A stretch of 32,508 nucleotides of DNA from an uncultured archaeon (lineage in GTDB: Archaea; Altiarchaeota; Altiarchaeia; JAFGQM01), in assembly GCA_964592405.1 (NCBI GenBank), contig CAZQBY010000012.1, forward strand, positions 1 through 32,508, given 5' to 3'. A program made the translations under genes and the position numbers. Shown here one piece after another: positions 9,666-18,998 of the stretch (its first letter is position 1; every line of letters begins with the position of its first letter). The notes under the pieces were generated by a model. It was not told where the DNA came from. It did not search any database and saw only the letters and a list, made by a program, of their open reading frames with translations.

Positions 9666-11575
9666 CTTGCGATTGCTCCCCTGCCGGCAGGTATCCATCT
9701 CTGGATATCCCCGAGATCGAGCCTTTTGATCTTCTGGCCGTCTTCTTTATTGGTTTTCCTTAAAATATTTGCCTTGATCTCTCTTGCCAGCTGGCCAGAT
9801 TTCATATCACCTGCGTCAATTACCACATAGTATCTGGTCCGGCTCTTTACGGCATCCTCCGGCCCGCCTATGACAGTGGCATAATCCCCCACTATAAAAC
9901 CTATAGCCAACCTAAGTGGTGTTGCCTTAAACCACTCGCGTTCGCCACGTATGACAAAGGCCCCTTTGGTCAGATACTCACCACTTTGTGCAGTCTTTGA
10001 CACCTGTTCCGGCCTGACGGCGTAAACATCCGCGCTCCCCCACCCGGCTTTCCAGGCATTGGAATAGCTGGCGGCAGCCTCTGCAGCCTGCCTCTTTGTG
10101 CTCTCCGGTATCTCTTTGCCCTCAGGATTTTTGATTATGAAGAACGGAGCGCCATGAACAGTTGAGTGAAAGACCAGATCGTCTGGCTCCATATGCCTTT
10201 TTATTATCATCTCGTTGCTTGTGGCATCCTTCCCCCCGATGACAAGAAAACCATCACTTGAGATAAACCAGCGGAATTTCTCATACCATTTGGGCTTGGG
10301 CTTTTCTATGGGTTTCCTAGGCATCTTTTCCTCTTCCCTGACCTTCTTCTCTCTGACAAGTTTCAGCTTCATCTCACTCTCCTTTAGCGCCTTTTTTACA
10401 CCACTCAGCTTGGATTTTGCCTTCTTCGCCTTCTCATAATAAAATGCAGCATTTTCACTCACCGACTTGTCTATGGATATTGCAACGCCTCCAACCTCTA
10501 TCCTGCGCATGGCCGGGTCGATAACCCTGATGCCCTTCTCCTGTGAATATTCCACCCAGTTTTTGCCGTCTGCTTTAGCTGCCTTTATGCCATCCAAGAC
10601 CTCTTCTATCTGCTGAAAGCTCGTATAAACAAGATCGCCCATCCTTTTATACTCCTCTGCCTTTCTGGACATCTCCTCAAGGGTCTTCTTCTGGTTTTCT
10701 ATAACCTTCTCCAAGCGCCTTATCTCCGCATTGTATTCCCCGGCGGCTGCCATGCCCTCTTCCCCAATCCTCAGCTGGGAGAAATACTCGTCCACGGCCT
10801 CGTTGAAGGAGGGCTTTTCCTCCCTTTCCAGTCCTGCATAAACCATCATATCAATGGGGACAACATCTTCCAGTTTGTTGTCTATTCCGGCCCTTATTAT
10901 ACCTGCATTTATCTCTGAGCTGAGCACATCCTTCAGAACACGATACAACTTCCCTGCCTTCTTTCTGTCAGCGCACTCCTTTGGATGGATGCCCGCCCGC
11001 TTGAGTATCTCATTGGCATAGGTCGCTCCCAGTCCCAAATCCGATGCCAGTGCCTTGACAACCTCGCTCCTTCTCCCCAGGACAAGAGCAAAATCGTCTG
11101 CCGACATGCTCTTCACATCCGGCATCTCCGGCGGATAAACATAGGGCAGTCCGGGTTTCAGCGTCCTGTCTTTCCATTCCTGGCTTTCGAGTATGGCAGT
11201 TATCCGATTGTTTTCATCCAACAGTATGATATTCCCACGGCTGAAGAGCTCCACAATGAGTTTTCCCCTGCCTCTTATCTCAAACTCTACAATCCGGTCG
11301 AACCCGTGCTGTGCAACCCCCCTTATGATTCCGCCATTTAGGTGCTTTCTCAAGAGCATTGCAAAATTGCCGGGTTTCTTGGGAGCCTTGTATTCAAATC
11401 GTGTGATACACAGATAATTGGGCGCAACTATTAGCTCCCTTTTTCCATCTCCGCGCAGACTTATCTTGATTTCCCTCTTTCCTATCTGGTATATCTGGTC
11501 AATCCTGGTGCCAACCAGATGCAGGAGCTCCTTGGAGATGAAGAATATGTCCAGACTGCTTAGCTGAGTCTTCAC
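9662..11575 (-). CDS. rqcH: Ribosome quality-control protein Rqc2/RqcH (NFACT family)
   Basis: FAMLLRKHL, FDRIVEF, VELFSRGNIIL, coiled coil, WYEKFRWFISSDG..GGKDA..NE, QVSKT..SGEYLTKGAFVIRG. Confidence 0.93.
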   Translation of the reverse strand: MKTQLSSLDIFFISKELLHLVGTRIDQIYQIGKREIKISLRGDGKRELIVAPNYLCITRFEYKAPKKPGNFAMLLRKHLNGGIIRGVAQHGFDRIVEFEIRGRGKLIVELFSRGNIILLDENNRITAILESQEWKDRTLKPGLPYVYPPEMPDVKSMSADDFALVLGRRSEVVKALASDLGLGATYANEILKRAGIHPKECADRKKAGKLYRVLKDVLSSEINAGIIRAGIDNKLEDVVPIDMMVYAGLEREEKPSFNEAVDEYFSQLRIGEEGMAAAGEYNAEIRRLEKVIENQKKTLEEMSRKAEEYKRMGDLVYTSFQQIEEVLDGIKAAKADGKNWVEYSQEKGIRVIDPAMRRIEVGGVAISIDKSVSENAAFYYEKAKKAKSKLSGVKKALKESEMKLKLVREKKVREEEKMPRKPIEKPKPKWYEKFRWFISSDGFLVIGGKDATSNEMIIKRHMEPDDLVFHSTVHGAPFFIIKNPEGKEIPESTKRQAAEAAASYSNAWKAGWGSADVYAVRPEQVSKTAQSGEYLTKGAFVIRGEREWFKATPLRLAIGFIVGDYATVIGGPEDAVKSRTRYYVVIDAGDMKSGQLAREIKANILRKTNKEDGQKIKRLDLGDIQRWIPAGRGAIAR

Positions 11576-11596
11576 GGATATTTTGCCGGACTGGCA

Positions 11597-12235
11597 TTAA
11601 ATATTCCCCGTCTTGCCGTTTATGCTTTCCTCCAGCTCCCTGTATCGGTTGCGGATGGTAACCTGTGTAACGCCGGAGATCTCTGCGATCTCCTTTTGCG
11701 AGGTTTCCAAATCCTCCATCTCTGAGGCAAGGCAGATGGAAGCTGCGGCGACTCCGGCAGGCCCCTTTCCACTTATCGCCCCCGTCCTATTGACTATATC
11801 TATTATCTTTTCGGCCCGTTTTATGGTATCCTTGGGCAGTCGCATCTCAATACCAAATTTATGCACATACTCAATGGGTGTGGTTGGGGGAACACGAAGA
11901 TTCATCTTCCTGAGCAGATATCTGTAGACCTTGTTGATAGAGCGGTAGTCCGTTCTCAGGACATCACATATCTTGTGTAGGGTGAGTGGTATGGTCCTCT
12001 TGCGGCAGACCAGATATATAAGCGCAGTGATTACCTTTTCGCTCTGCTTGTATTTGGTCAGCCCCCTCATCCGGACCTCCTCATACATGGACTGCACATC
12101 ATACATAACATCATCCTCCAGATCCAGCAGGGATGCCTGCCTGAATATCTCCTTGTCTACAGAAAGCCCGGAGTTTACCTCTTCGGAAGGTTTATTCACA
12201 CCTATTCTGATCCTATACTCCCCATCAGGCGTCAT
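11597..12235 (-). CDS. TFB/TFIIB-like protein, two cyclin repeats only (no Zn ribbon or B-reader)
   Basis: The second repeat GKGPAGVAAASI...SQKEIAEISGVTQVTIRNRYREL is canonical TFB. The first repeat is divergent. No N-terminal CxxC motifs; ATGA-coupled to gar1. Confidence 0.85.
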   Translation of the reverse strand: MTPDGEYRIRIGVNKPSEEVNSGLSVDKEIFRQASLLDLEDDVMYDVQSMYEEVRMRGLTKYKQSEKVITALIYLVCRKRTIPLTLHKICDVLRTDYRSINKVYRYLLRKMNLRVPPTTPIEYVHKFGIEMRLPKDTIKRAEKIIDIVNRTGAISGKGPAGVAAASICLASEMEDLETSQKEIAEISGVTQVTIRNRYRELEESINGKTGNI

Positions 12236-12471
12236 TTTGCATGATTGTCCGGGTTTGATGTCTTGAGCATGATTGTTTTTCCCTGAAGCTCCTGTCCACG
12301 ATTGGTTATAACAACTCCAAACGGGGCTCTTACAGGGCCTATGATGTCAACAAGCTTTCCGATTTCCGCACCGTTTTCATCATATACATTGATATTCGTG
12401 TCGGGCACCACAGACAGTTTGACTATCAGTTTATCTCCAACAGTCCGAAAACCAGTGCCAATTTTATCCAT
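12232..12471 (-). CDS. gar1: H/ACA RNP protein Gar1
   Basis: MDKIG...VYDENGAEIGKLVDIIGPVRAPF matches the Gar1/Naf1 IG.V.DI.GPV..PY motif; conserved gar1-tfb adjacency. Start set at ATG 12471. Confidence 0.85.
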   Translation of the reverse strand: MDKIGTGFRTVGDKLIVKLSVVPDTNINVYDENGAEIGKLVDIIGPVRAPFGVVITNRGQELQGKTIMLKTSNPDNHAK

Positions 12472-12528
12472 CCAAGTTTTGTTATCACCGATTGGTGACA
12501 AATAGTGTTAGATATATTTTGAGCTCTA

Positions 12529-12579
12529 TCTATAAAAACCTTTTACCCACCCTGAATAATTTATCCAACGTTGGATAAA
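12529..12579 (-). promoter_or_regulatory. BRE-TATA promoter of the gar1 operon with a perfect 20-bp palindrome upstream
   Basis: Minus strand AAAAGG-TTTTTATAGA (12544-12529); palindrome TTTATCCAACGTTGGATAAA at 12560-12579. Confidence 0.6.
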
Positions 12580-12636
12580 AATACCACTAGCAGTACATCT
12601 CTTGGTAATCTCTCTACACGGGTTGTTTCCAATGGC

Positions 12637-13647
12637 TCAAAGACCTGATGTCCTTGCCCGCTTGCGCATTATGCGTATCAGTTTGACTACCGGAACATCT
12701 GTTGGACACACCTTCTCACATTTTCCACACAGCATGCAACAGTCCAGCCCTCTGTTAATGGCGGCTTTTATACCCGACTGGTAGCCGACTGACAAAGAAC
12801 CTATGCCGGACATCATCGGCGAACCGAAGAGGCCGCCTATTGTGAGATAGACAGGGCAATAGAGGGAACAGCTGTAACAGTTGATGCACATGAGAACCTC
12901 TTTGGAGGGGCTATGGGCGATTGCAATCCGGCCGTTGTCGAGGACTATCAAACGGCCCTTCAGCTTCATTTTCTCTGTCTTTATTGCCCCTCCTGATGAT
13001 ATCTCCATAAGCCTGACAACACTCTCTGCATACTCCTCGGAGAACAGCCGATCCACAGTGGTTATGACAAAGGGTTCACTGAATTCGTCCATTACTCTGC
13101 CCTCTTCAGCCTCCAGATAGACATTCCCCGCATCTGTTACGGCAACTGCGGAGATTATTGCATGTCTGGTCTCTGACCTCTTGAAGACGCTCTTCTCCTG
13201 CGGATATGGGAAGTATGGATGGATAAATGACCGGCCCTTCTCATAGCCTGAATATCTTTCTGACAGTACCTGCACCTTATTGCTCATGAAGAATGCCTGC
13301 ATAACTTCTGCCTCCATGGTCTGTGGAGAGGGCACTATCCCCAACCTTTCCCTTCCTATGAAGCCGCGTATATATTCGGCCACATCTATAGGCTTTTTGG
13401 CGAGGAAGACGCTGATGCCGTTTTCCCTCAGTTTCCTGATAGCTGAAAAGACTGCATCACCCATATTTCCCACTATCCTCCTCTTTATCCATTTGACCTG
13501 CTTCACAAGGTCTGGATTCTCCCTGAGCAGTTTGTCGCGCCTCTTCACAAGCTTCTGGGCTTTACACATCAGTGCCGTGATATCGCTCCTCAATTCTGGA
13601 TCCAGCGCCCTTTTTTTGACTATTATGGAATTTCCTTTTAGGTTCAT
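12637..13647 (-). CDS. LUD-domain/4Fe-4S dicluster protein (divergent LutB/YkgF-like)
   Basis: IVLDNGR preceding CINCYSCSLYCPVY, and a second motif CMLCGKCEKVCP, as in LutB-type proteins. Confidence 0.72.
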   Translation of the reverse strand: MNLKGNSIIVKKRALDPELRSDITALMCKAQKLVKRRDKLLRENPDLVKQVKWIKRRIVGNMGDAVFSAIRKLRENGISVFLAKKPIDVAEYIRGFIGRERLGIVPSPQTMEAEVMQAFFMSNKVQVLSERYSGYEKGRSFIHPYFPYPQEKSVFKRSETRHAIISAVAVTDAGNVYLEAEEGRVMDEFSEPFVITTVDRLFSEEYAESVVRLMEISSGGAIKTEKMKLKGRLIVLDNGRIAIAHSPSKEVLMCINCYSCSLYCPVYLTIGGLFGSPMMSGIGSLSVGYQSGIKAAINRGLDCCMLCGKCEKVCPTDVPVVKLIRIMRKRARTSGL

Positions 13648-13691
13648 GTGGGGATACTTGACTTTAAAATGATTAAAATCATAAATTCTAC

Positions 13692-14663
13692 ATGAGGGTT
13701 TTTATATTTGGCGACTCCAACGTTGATATTACAGCTAGGTGGCAGGATGTTGAGGCCTCCCTGGACTGCCTCTCACCTGAATATCGGAAGCTCATCTTCC
13801 AAAATATGCTGAGATCACAGCGGGAGGGAAAAGACCTTGAATACTACTTCGGACACCGTCCGGATGAACTCTCACAGTTTTTTGCTTCCCTCGAGCACCG
13901 GGTGGAGTTCGGGGGCTGCGGGGCCATAAAGGCGCGCACAATGGCCATGCTGGGCCATGATGTGGTCTTCTATTCGTGGGTGGGGGATGACAAGAATGGG
14001 CGCATGATACTCGATGAGCTCAACAGGGCGGGTGTGGACATATCACACATTCTTGTGGATGGCCGGACCTGCGAAACATTCAACATATTTGATCCGAAAA
14101 GGGAACGGCTGGCGTTCTCCTTCTGGAAGCCAAAGCTGGATCTGGCAGGATTCATTCAGGATGTCCGGAATGAGGGCCCAGACAAGATTTTTCTCACAGG
14201 CGCGCACCGGATAAAGGAGTCTCTCGGGTATGCGAGGCTTCCCACGGCCCATGTCTTCACCGGCTCCTTCGCCGCCTATTCTGCAAGTGAGCTGGACCGG
14301 AAGTATGCAGCGGATTTCTCCAAGGGCATACTCGTGGGGAATGAAACGGAGGTAATGCAGCTCTCGCGCATAAGCGCCGTGGTCCCCGCCATGAGGGCCC
14401 TCCGGAACAGGGTCATAGTGGTTCACGGGGCGCGCGAGACCTTTGTCAAGAGGGGCCATGAGGTAATCAGGGCGTTGGTTCCAAGGGCAGACCGCTCCAA
14501 GGCGAAAGAACTCACGGGCTTGGGCGACGTCTGGGAGGCATTCTTCCTGAGCGCAATCGGCGACATCGAGGCGGCCCCGCAGCAGGAGATAAAGCAGGCA
14601 ATGGAGCTTGCCAGCAGGGCGGCGGTCCACAGAATGATGACCGGGGAGTTTCCGGTGGTCTAG
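13692..14663 (+). CDS. PfkB/ribokinase-family carbohydrate kinase
   Basis: FGDSNVD, FGGCG, VGDDKNG..IL.EL...GV, GNETE, and anion-hole motif ELTGLGDVW (cf. DTTGAGD). Confidence 0.8.
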   Translation: MRVFIFGDSNVDITARWQDVEASLDCLSPEYRKLIFQNMLRSQREGKDLEYYFGHRPDELSQFFASLEHRVEFGGCGAIKARTMAMLGHDVVFYSWVGDDKNGRMILDELNRAGVDISHILVDGRTCETFNIFDPKRERLAFSFWKPKLDLAGFIQDVRNEGPDKIFLTGAHRIKESLGYARLPTAHVFTGSFAAYSASELDRKYAADFSKGILVGNETEVMQLSRISAVVPAMRALRNRVIVVHGARETFVKRGHEVIRALVPRADRSKAKELTGLGDVWEAFFLSAIGDIEAAPQQEIKQAMELASRAAVHRMMTGEFPVV

Positions 14664-14700
14664 ATTTAAAACCCTATCGCTTCTAAATAACCGATTTCTC

Positions 14701-17700
14701 ATGATTCGACAGCCGATAATCTCTGTCCTGGGCCATGTGGACCATGGCAAATGCGTCACAGCGGACACAGAAATAGTCTTGGCTGACGGCTCAATCCGCC
14801 CCATAAAGGAAATCTACGACTCTGTTGCTTCACAGATCCAACCATCTGAGACTCAAGACGGCGAGATTATTGATGTCTCAGATAAAGACTTGCGGCTCCT
14901 CTCACTAGACGAATACGGCTCGATAAAGCCAAAAAAAGCAAGCCATCTGTGGAAGCGCAGGGCCGAAAGAGTAATCGAGGTCTTGACAAACCATGGCTCG
15001 AAGATAAAGGTCACCCCTGAGCATCCCTTCTTCTCCATGGATTCAAGTGGCAACGTTACCAAGGTGCGCGCAGACGAGCTTGAAGCCGGCCATTTTGTTC
15101 TAGTGCCTTCAAAGATACCCTCTCCAAGAATCAGCTTAAAAAAATACAAGCAGTTGGTCCTCCTCAAACTCGGCGAATCGCCGGATTTTTTGGCATTCGT
15201 GGACCCGGCATTAACAGAAGCACTGCGCAGCCTGCTGAGACAAACCCCAAACTCAAAACTGGTTGCAAACCACCCATACGATTGCATAAGGAATAACCGG
15301 TTCAGGGTGGCCGATCTCATAACACTCTCCAAGGGCCGAATCCCGCTGGAACTGGTCTACGACTCGATAGAATCCATCAAATTTTCGACGACTAAGCAAA
15401 GGGCATCACACACCTCCCCTTTGATGCGGCTGCCGAAGACCTGGGACCAGTTTGTTGACGCCTTCTATGTCCTGGGCGCGTTGTGGGGGGATGGGACCTG
15501 CAATGTCGCATGCCTCTCGAATACGGATGACAACCTCATAGCTGAATACAAAAAAGCGCTTGCCAATGCGTTCGGCCTCAAAATCAGGGCAATAAAAAAG
15601 CGCACCACAAACATGATTGTCACATCGGGAGGTAAAACCTTCAGCGAGTTTGTGTGTCAGGTTTTCGGTTATCCAAGGGACTCAAAAAGCCATACCATCG
15701 ACATCCCCGAGCTCATGCAAAAGGCTCCCGACAAGTTTTTGGCGGGTTTCATCTCCGGCTATTTCGACACCGATGGCTACGTTTCGGCCTCTACGGGGGT
15801 CGAAGTCCTTTCCATGAGCGCGAACATGATAAAAAAGCTTTCGATTCTCCTGCAGCGCTTTGGATGTCCGACAGTCCTAAGCAGAAAAGGGGCCGCACAC
15901 CGGTTGAAGATTTCTGGGAGCGAATATCTACGGAATTTCAAGAGGGGGATAGGCTTCCGTTTGCTCCGCAAGGAAGCGCAGGTGGATGCCCTCATGAACA
16001 AGGCCACGACAAACCGAAACTTCGACCTGCTGCCCGTATCCGGGAAGGCAATCAAGAAGCTGCGTGTGGAATTTGGCCTTTCCGGCATGGAGAGTGGAAT
16101 ACCCTTCCAAAAGAAATATGAAAACTATGAACACGTCTCCCGCCACTTCGTCAAATCCTTTCTCAAATCAATCCGGCAGATTGTTTTGGCAGAGTCATAT
16201 CTGGACACCATAAAAGAGAAGATGCAGGTTATAAAGGCTCTTGAAAAGCCTATGAATTACACTACACTCTACAAGATGCTTTCCATGCCACACAGAAAGC
16301 TTGCAAACTATATCACGTTTCTGGTGAGTGAGAAAATAATAGAGAAAACAAAAGGGGATTTTTACACTACAACCGAATTTGGTAAAAAAGTCTTCGCCGA
16401 GCTTTCCTCAATATGCAAAAACCCGGAAATAGTGTTCAACCATACTGGCACTCTTTCGGGAATTGTTTCCTCTGACTTTGTCTGCGTCCAGGTCAAGAGT
16501 GTGAGAGAGATCAGGAAACGACAATATGTCTACGACTTCACAGTGCCCAATATACACAACTTCGTAGCCGGCAGATGCATAGTCCACAACACCAGCTTCC
16601 TCGACAAGGTCAGGGAGAGCTCGGTCGCGGCGCGCGAGGCTGGCGGCATCACGCAGCACATAGGCGCTACGGAGGTCCCGATCGACGTGGTCAAAAAAAT
16701 CTGCGGCAGGATGCTGGATGTTATGAAAGTCAGGATAACCATTCCCGGCCTGCTGTTTGTGGACACGCCCGGCCACGAGGCGTTCACCAATCTGAGAAAA
16801 CGTGGCGGCAGCATAGCCGACCTGGCAGTGCTCGTCATCGACATACGGGAGGGCTTCATGCCGCAGACCATAGAGGCGCTGGAGATACTCAGGAACTACA
16901 AGACGCCCTTCATAATTGTCGCAAACAAAATAGACCTTCTCTCTGGATGGCGTGACTCCGGGACCTATTGTTTTGGAGAGTCCTTCAGACAGCAGCAGGA
17001 GTTTGTCAAAGCGGGACTTGACCAGAAGATTTATGACATTATAGGCAGGCTGGGCGAGATGGGCATACAGTCAGAGCGCTTTGACCGCGTGGAGGACTTC
17101 ACAAAACAGGTGAGTATAGTCCCTCTTTCCGCAAAAACAGGTGAGGGCATCGCTGAGGCGCTCATGCTGCTCACCGGCCTGAGTCAGCGTTATCTTGAGA
17201 AAAACCTGCAGATAGAGGTCAGCGGGCCGGGGAAAGCCAGCATCCTTGAGGTAAAGGAGGAGAAGGGTCTGGGAACCAGCCTTGATCTGATACTGTATGA
17301 CGGCACCATCCGCCGTGGCGATGTGATAGTCCTGAGCGGAAGAAACGGTCCGATAGAAACCAGGGTCAAGGCCATCCTAAAGCCCAAGCCGCTGGACGAG
17401 ATGCGGGACCCAAAGGACCGCTTTGATAATATCAAAGCAGTTTCTGCGGCAAGTGGCCTGAAGCTTGTAGCACCGGGCATAGAGGAGGCCCTCCCGGGCG
17501 GGCAGGTGTATGTCGTGGACAACAACGTTGAGGAGCTGAAGGGGAGAATCCGCAAGGAGCTGGAGTCCATCAGATTCGAGCATGAAAATATCGGTGTTAT
17601 AGTGCGCGCAGATACCTTGGGCAGCCTGGAGGCAATTCTAGGGATGTTGAGAAAAAAGGGAGTGCCTGTCAGGAAGGCGGACATAGGTGCCGTGACAAAA

Positions 17701-18297
17701 ACAGATCTCATGGAAGCTGAATCAATAGGGAAGAACAACCCGGAATACGGGATTGTCCTTGCCTTTAATGCACCGGTTCCTGAGGAGATTGCCCAGTATG
17801 CCAAGGATGCGCGCATAACAATCCTTGCCGATAAGGTTATATACAAAATAGTCGAAGATTATGAAAACTGGTTAAAGGATGTCAAGCGCGCGCAGGAGAT
17901 GGCCATGTTTGACACCGTGCCCTTCCCTGCCGAGCTGAAGTTCTTGGAGGGCTGCACCTTCCGGAGGTCTGACCCGGCCATAATTGGAGTGGCTGTTCTC
18001 AGAGGCAGGATACGCCCCGGCTACACGCTGATGAAACCTGATGGCACAAAAGTCGGCATAATCAAATCCATCCAAGAGAAGAACGAGAAAGTGGACGAGG
18101 CCAAGAAGGGTGATGAGGTGGCAATAGCGGTAGACGGGCCGCTGGTCGGCAGGAACATTGAGGAGGGCGACGTGCTTTACACCCACATAACCTTTAGCCA
18201 GTACGAGCAGATACTAAAAAAGGGCAGGAAGTTCCTCAACGGCGAGGAGGAAGAGCTCCTTAAGCAGATAGCGGACATAGTCAGGAAGGCGAAATAG
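14701..18297 (+). CDS. infB: Translation initiation factor aIF5B (IF-2), intein-containing; spliced product 585 aa
   Basis: GHVDHGK|intein|TSFLD, EAGGITQHIGA, DTPGHEAF, NKID, SAKTGEG, ADTLGSLEA. Confidence 0.97.
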   Translation: MIRQPIISVLGHVDHGKCVTADTEIVLADGSIRPIKEIYDSVASQIQPSETQDGEIIDVSDKDLRLLSLDEYGSIKPKKASHLWKRRAERVIEVLTNHGSKIKVTPEHPFFSMDSSGNVTKVRADELEAGHFVLVPSKIPSPRISLKKYKQLVLLKLGESPDFLAFVDPALTEALRSLLRQTPNSKLVANHPYDCIRNNRFRVADLITLSKGRIPLELVYDSIESIKFSTTKQRASHTSPLMRLPKTWDQFVDAFYVLGALWGDGTCNVACLSNTDDNLIAEYKKALANAFGLKIRAIKKRTTNMIVTSGGKTFSEFVCQVFGYPRDSKSHTIDIPELMQKAPDKFLAGFISGYFDTDGYVSASTGVEVLSMSANMIKKLSILLQRFGCPTVLSRKGAAHRLKISGSEYLRNFKRGIGFRLLRKEAQVDALMNKATTNRNFDLLPVSGKAIKKLRVEFGLSGMESGIPFQKKYENYEHVSRHFVKSFLKSIRQIVLAESYLDTIKEKMQVIKALEKPMNYTTLYKMLSMPHRKLANYITFLVSEKIIEKTKGDFYTTTEFGKKVFAELSSICKNPEIVFNHTGTLSGIVSSDFVCVQVKSVREIRKRQYVYDFTVPNIHNFVAGRCIVHNTSFLDKVRESSVAAREAGGITQHIGATEVPIDVVKKICGRMLDVMKVRITIPGLLFVDTPGHEAFTNLRKRGGSIADLAVLVIDIREGFMPQTIEALEILRNYKTPFIIVANKIDLLSGWRDSGTYCFGESFRQQQEFVKAGLDQKIYDIIGRLGEMGIQSERFDRVEDFTKQVSIVPLSAKTGEGIAEALMLLTGLSQRYLEKNLQIEVSGPGKASILEVKEEKGLGTSLDLILYDGTIRRGDVIVLSGRNGPIETRVKAILKPKPLDEMRDPKDRFDNIKAVSAASGLKLVAPGIEEALPGGQVYVVDNNVEELKGRIRKELESIRFEHENIGVIVRADTLGSLEAILGMLRKKGVPVRKADIGAVTKTDLMEAESIGKNNPEYGIVLAFNAPVPEEIAQYAKDARITILADKVIYKIVEDYENWLKDVKRAQEMAMFDTVPFPAELKFLEGCTFRRSDPAIIGVAVLRGRIRPGYTLMKPDGTKVGIIKSIQEKNEKVDEAKKGDEVAIAVDGPLVGRNIEEGDVLYTHITFSQYEQILKKGRKFLNGEEEELLKQIADIVRKAK
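14752..16590 (+). mobile_element. Intein (613 aa) with LAGLIDADG homing endonuclease in the P-loop of aIF5B
   Basis: Begins CVTADTEIVLADG; block B VTPEHPF; endonuclease motifs YVLGALWGDG and FISGYFDTDG; block F VYDFTV; ends VHN followed by Thr as +1 nucleophile. Confidence 0.96.
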
Positions 18298-18347
18298 CCC
18301 AAGTCTGCCTTTTTAATGCTTTGGCGTGATAATAATTCTTAAAAAAG

Positions 18348-18998
18348 ATGGCTCCTCCAAGGAGGGTGTGGAGGATACCCCCTCACAAGCTGCTGATGGT
18401 GATGTCGCCCGAGCCGGGGAAGGCGGGCTTCACCACCCACCACAAGAGATTTGTCGTGGCCCCCTTGAGAGGGCACGAGGTAAGCTCGGGCGGTAAAGAG
18501 CTCCACCTGTCCACAGGGAGGGACCCAGACCAGGTGAGCCTTGCCATCCCGTGGCACCCAAACCAGGGGCCGACCCAGAGCAAGGTCCACGGCACTTACA
18601 GGTTCAGGCTTTCCGGCGAGGGCTTCCCAGAGGCAGCTATACACTCTATCGAATACACGGACAGCAGCAGGGAGGGAACGGCCGTCTACGAGCTCCCCGA
18701 TGAGGCTAGGAGTGTCAGGCACGCTCATGAGCTGCTTAAAGATGCGCTTCCGCACGAACAGGCGTCGCATCTGATGGCCGGCGACCAGACCGGGAGGTCG
18801 CAGGTCGTCATCAGGCCCAACAGGACGGTCCTTGTCTTCGGCGTGCCTCGCGGCACTGTCGAGCACAAGAACCTGACTATAAGGGAATATGTGGATAAGA
18901 AGGGAAACCGAAGGTTCGGCTTCTTCGACGAGTTTGGCAATCCATATCCATGGGTGATGTTTTTTGCGAACCCTAAGCACAAAACGAAAGCCGACTAG
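18348..18998 (+). CDS. Hypothetical protein with Pro/Arg-rich N-terminus
   Basis: 216-aa ORF starting after an AT-rich spacer; its stop overlaps the convergent ORF by 4 nt. No recognisable domain. Confidence 0.6.
   Translation: MAPPRRVWRIPPHKLLMVMSPEPGKAGFTTHHKRFVVAPLRGHEVSSGGKELHLSTGRDPDQVSLAIPWHPNQGPTQSKVHGTYRFRLSGEGFPEAAIHSIEYTDSSREGTAVYELPDEARSVRHAHELLKDALPHEQASHLMAGDQTGRSQVVIRPNRTVLVFGVPRGTVEHKNLTIREYVDKKGNRRFGFFDEFGNPYPWVMFFANPKHKTKAD

Noticed and set aside
12236-12471. Frameshifted or missed TFB Zn ribbon upstream of 12235
   Set aside because: This space is fully occupied by gar1, and I found no CxxC pairs that could supply the ribbon.
12560-12579. DnaA boxes or replication origin
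   Set aside because: TTATCCA resembles a DnaA box, but the context is archaeal, the match is partial and no initiator gene is nearby.
18339-18980. 213-aa minus-strand ORF opposite 18348-18998, and other antisense ORFs over housekeeping genes
   Set aside because: The + strand ORF has an ATG after an AT-rich spacer and a tidy stop overlap with its neighbour; the antisense frames show no motifs.
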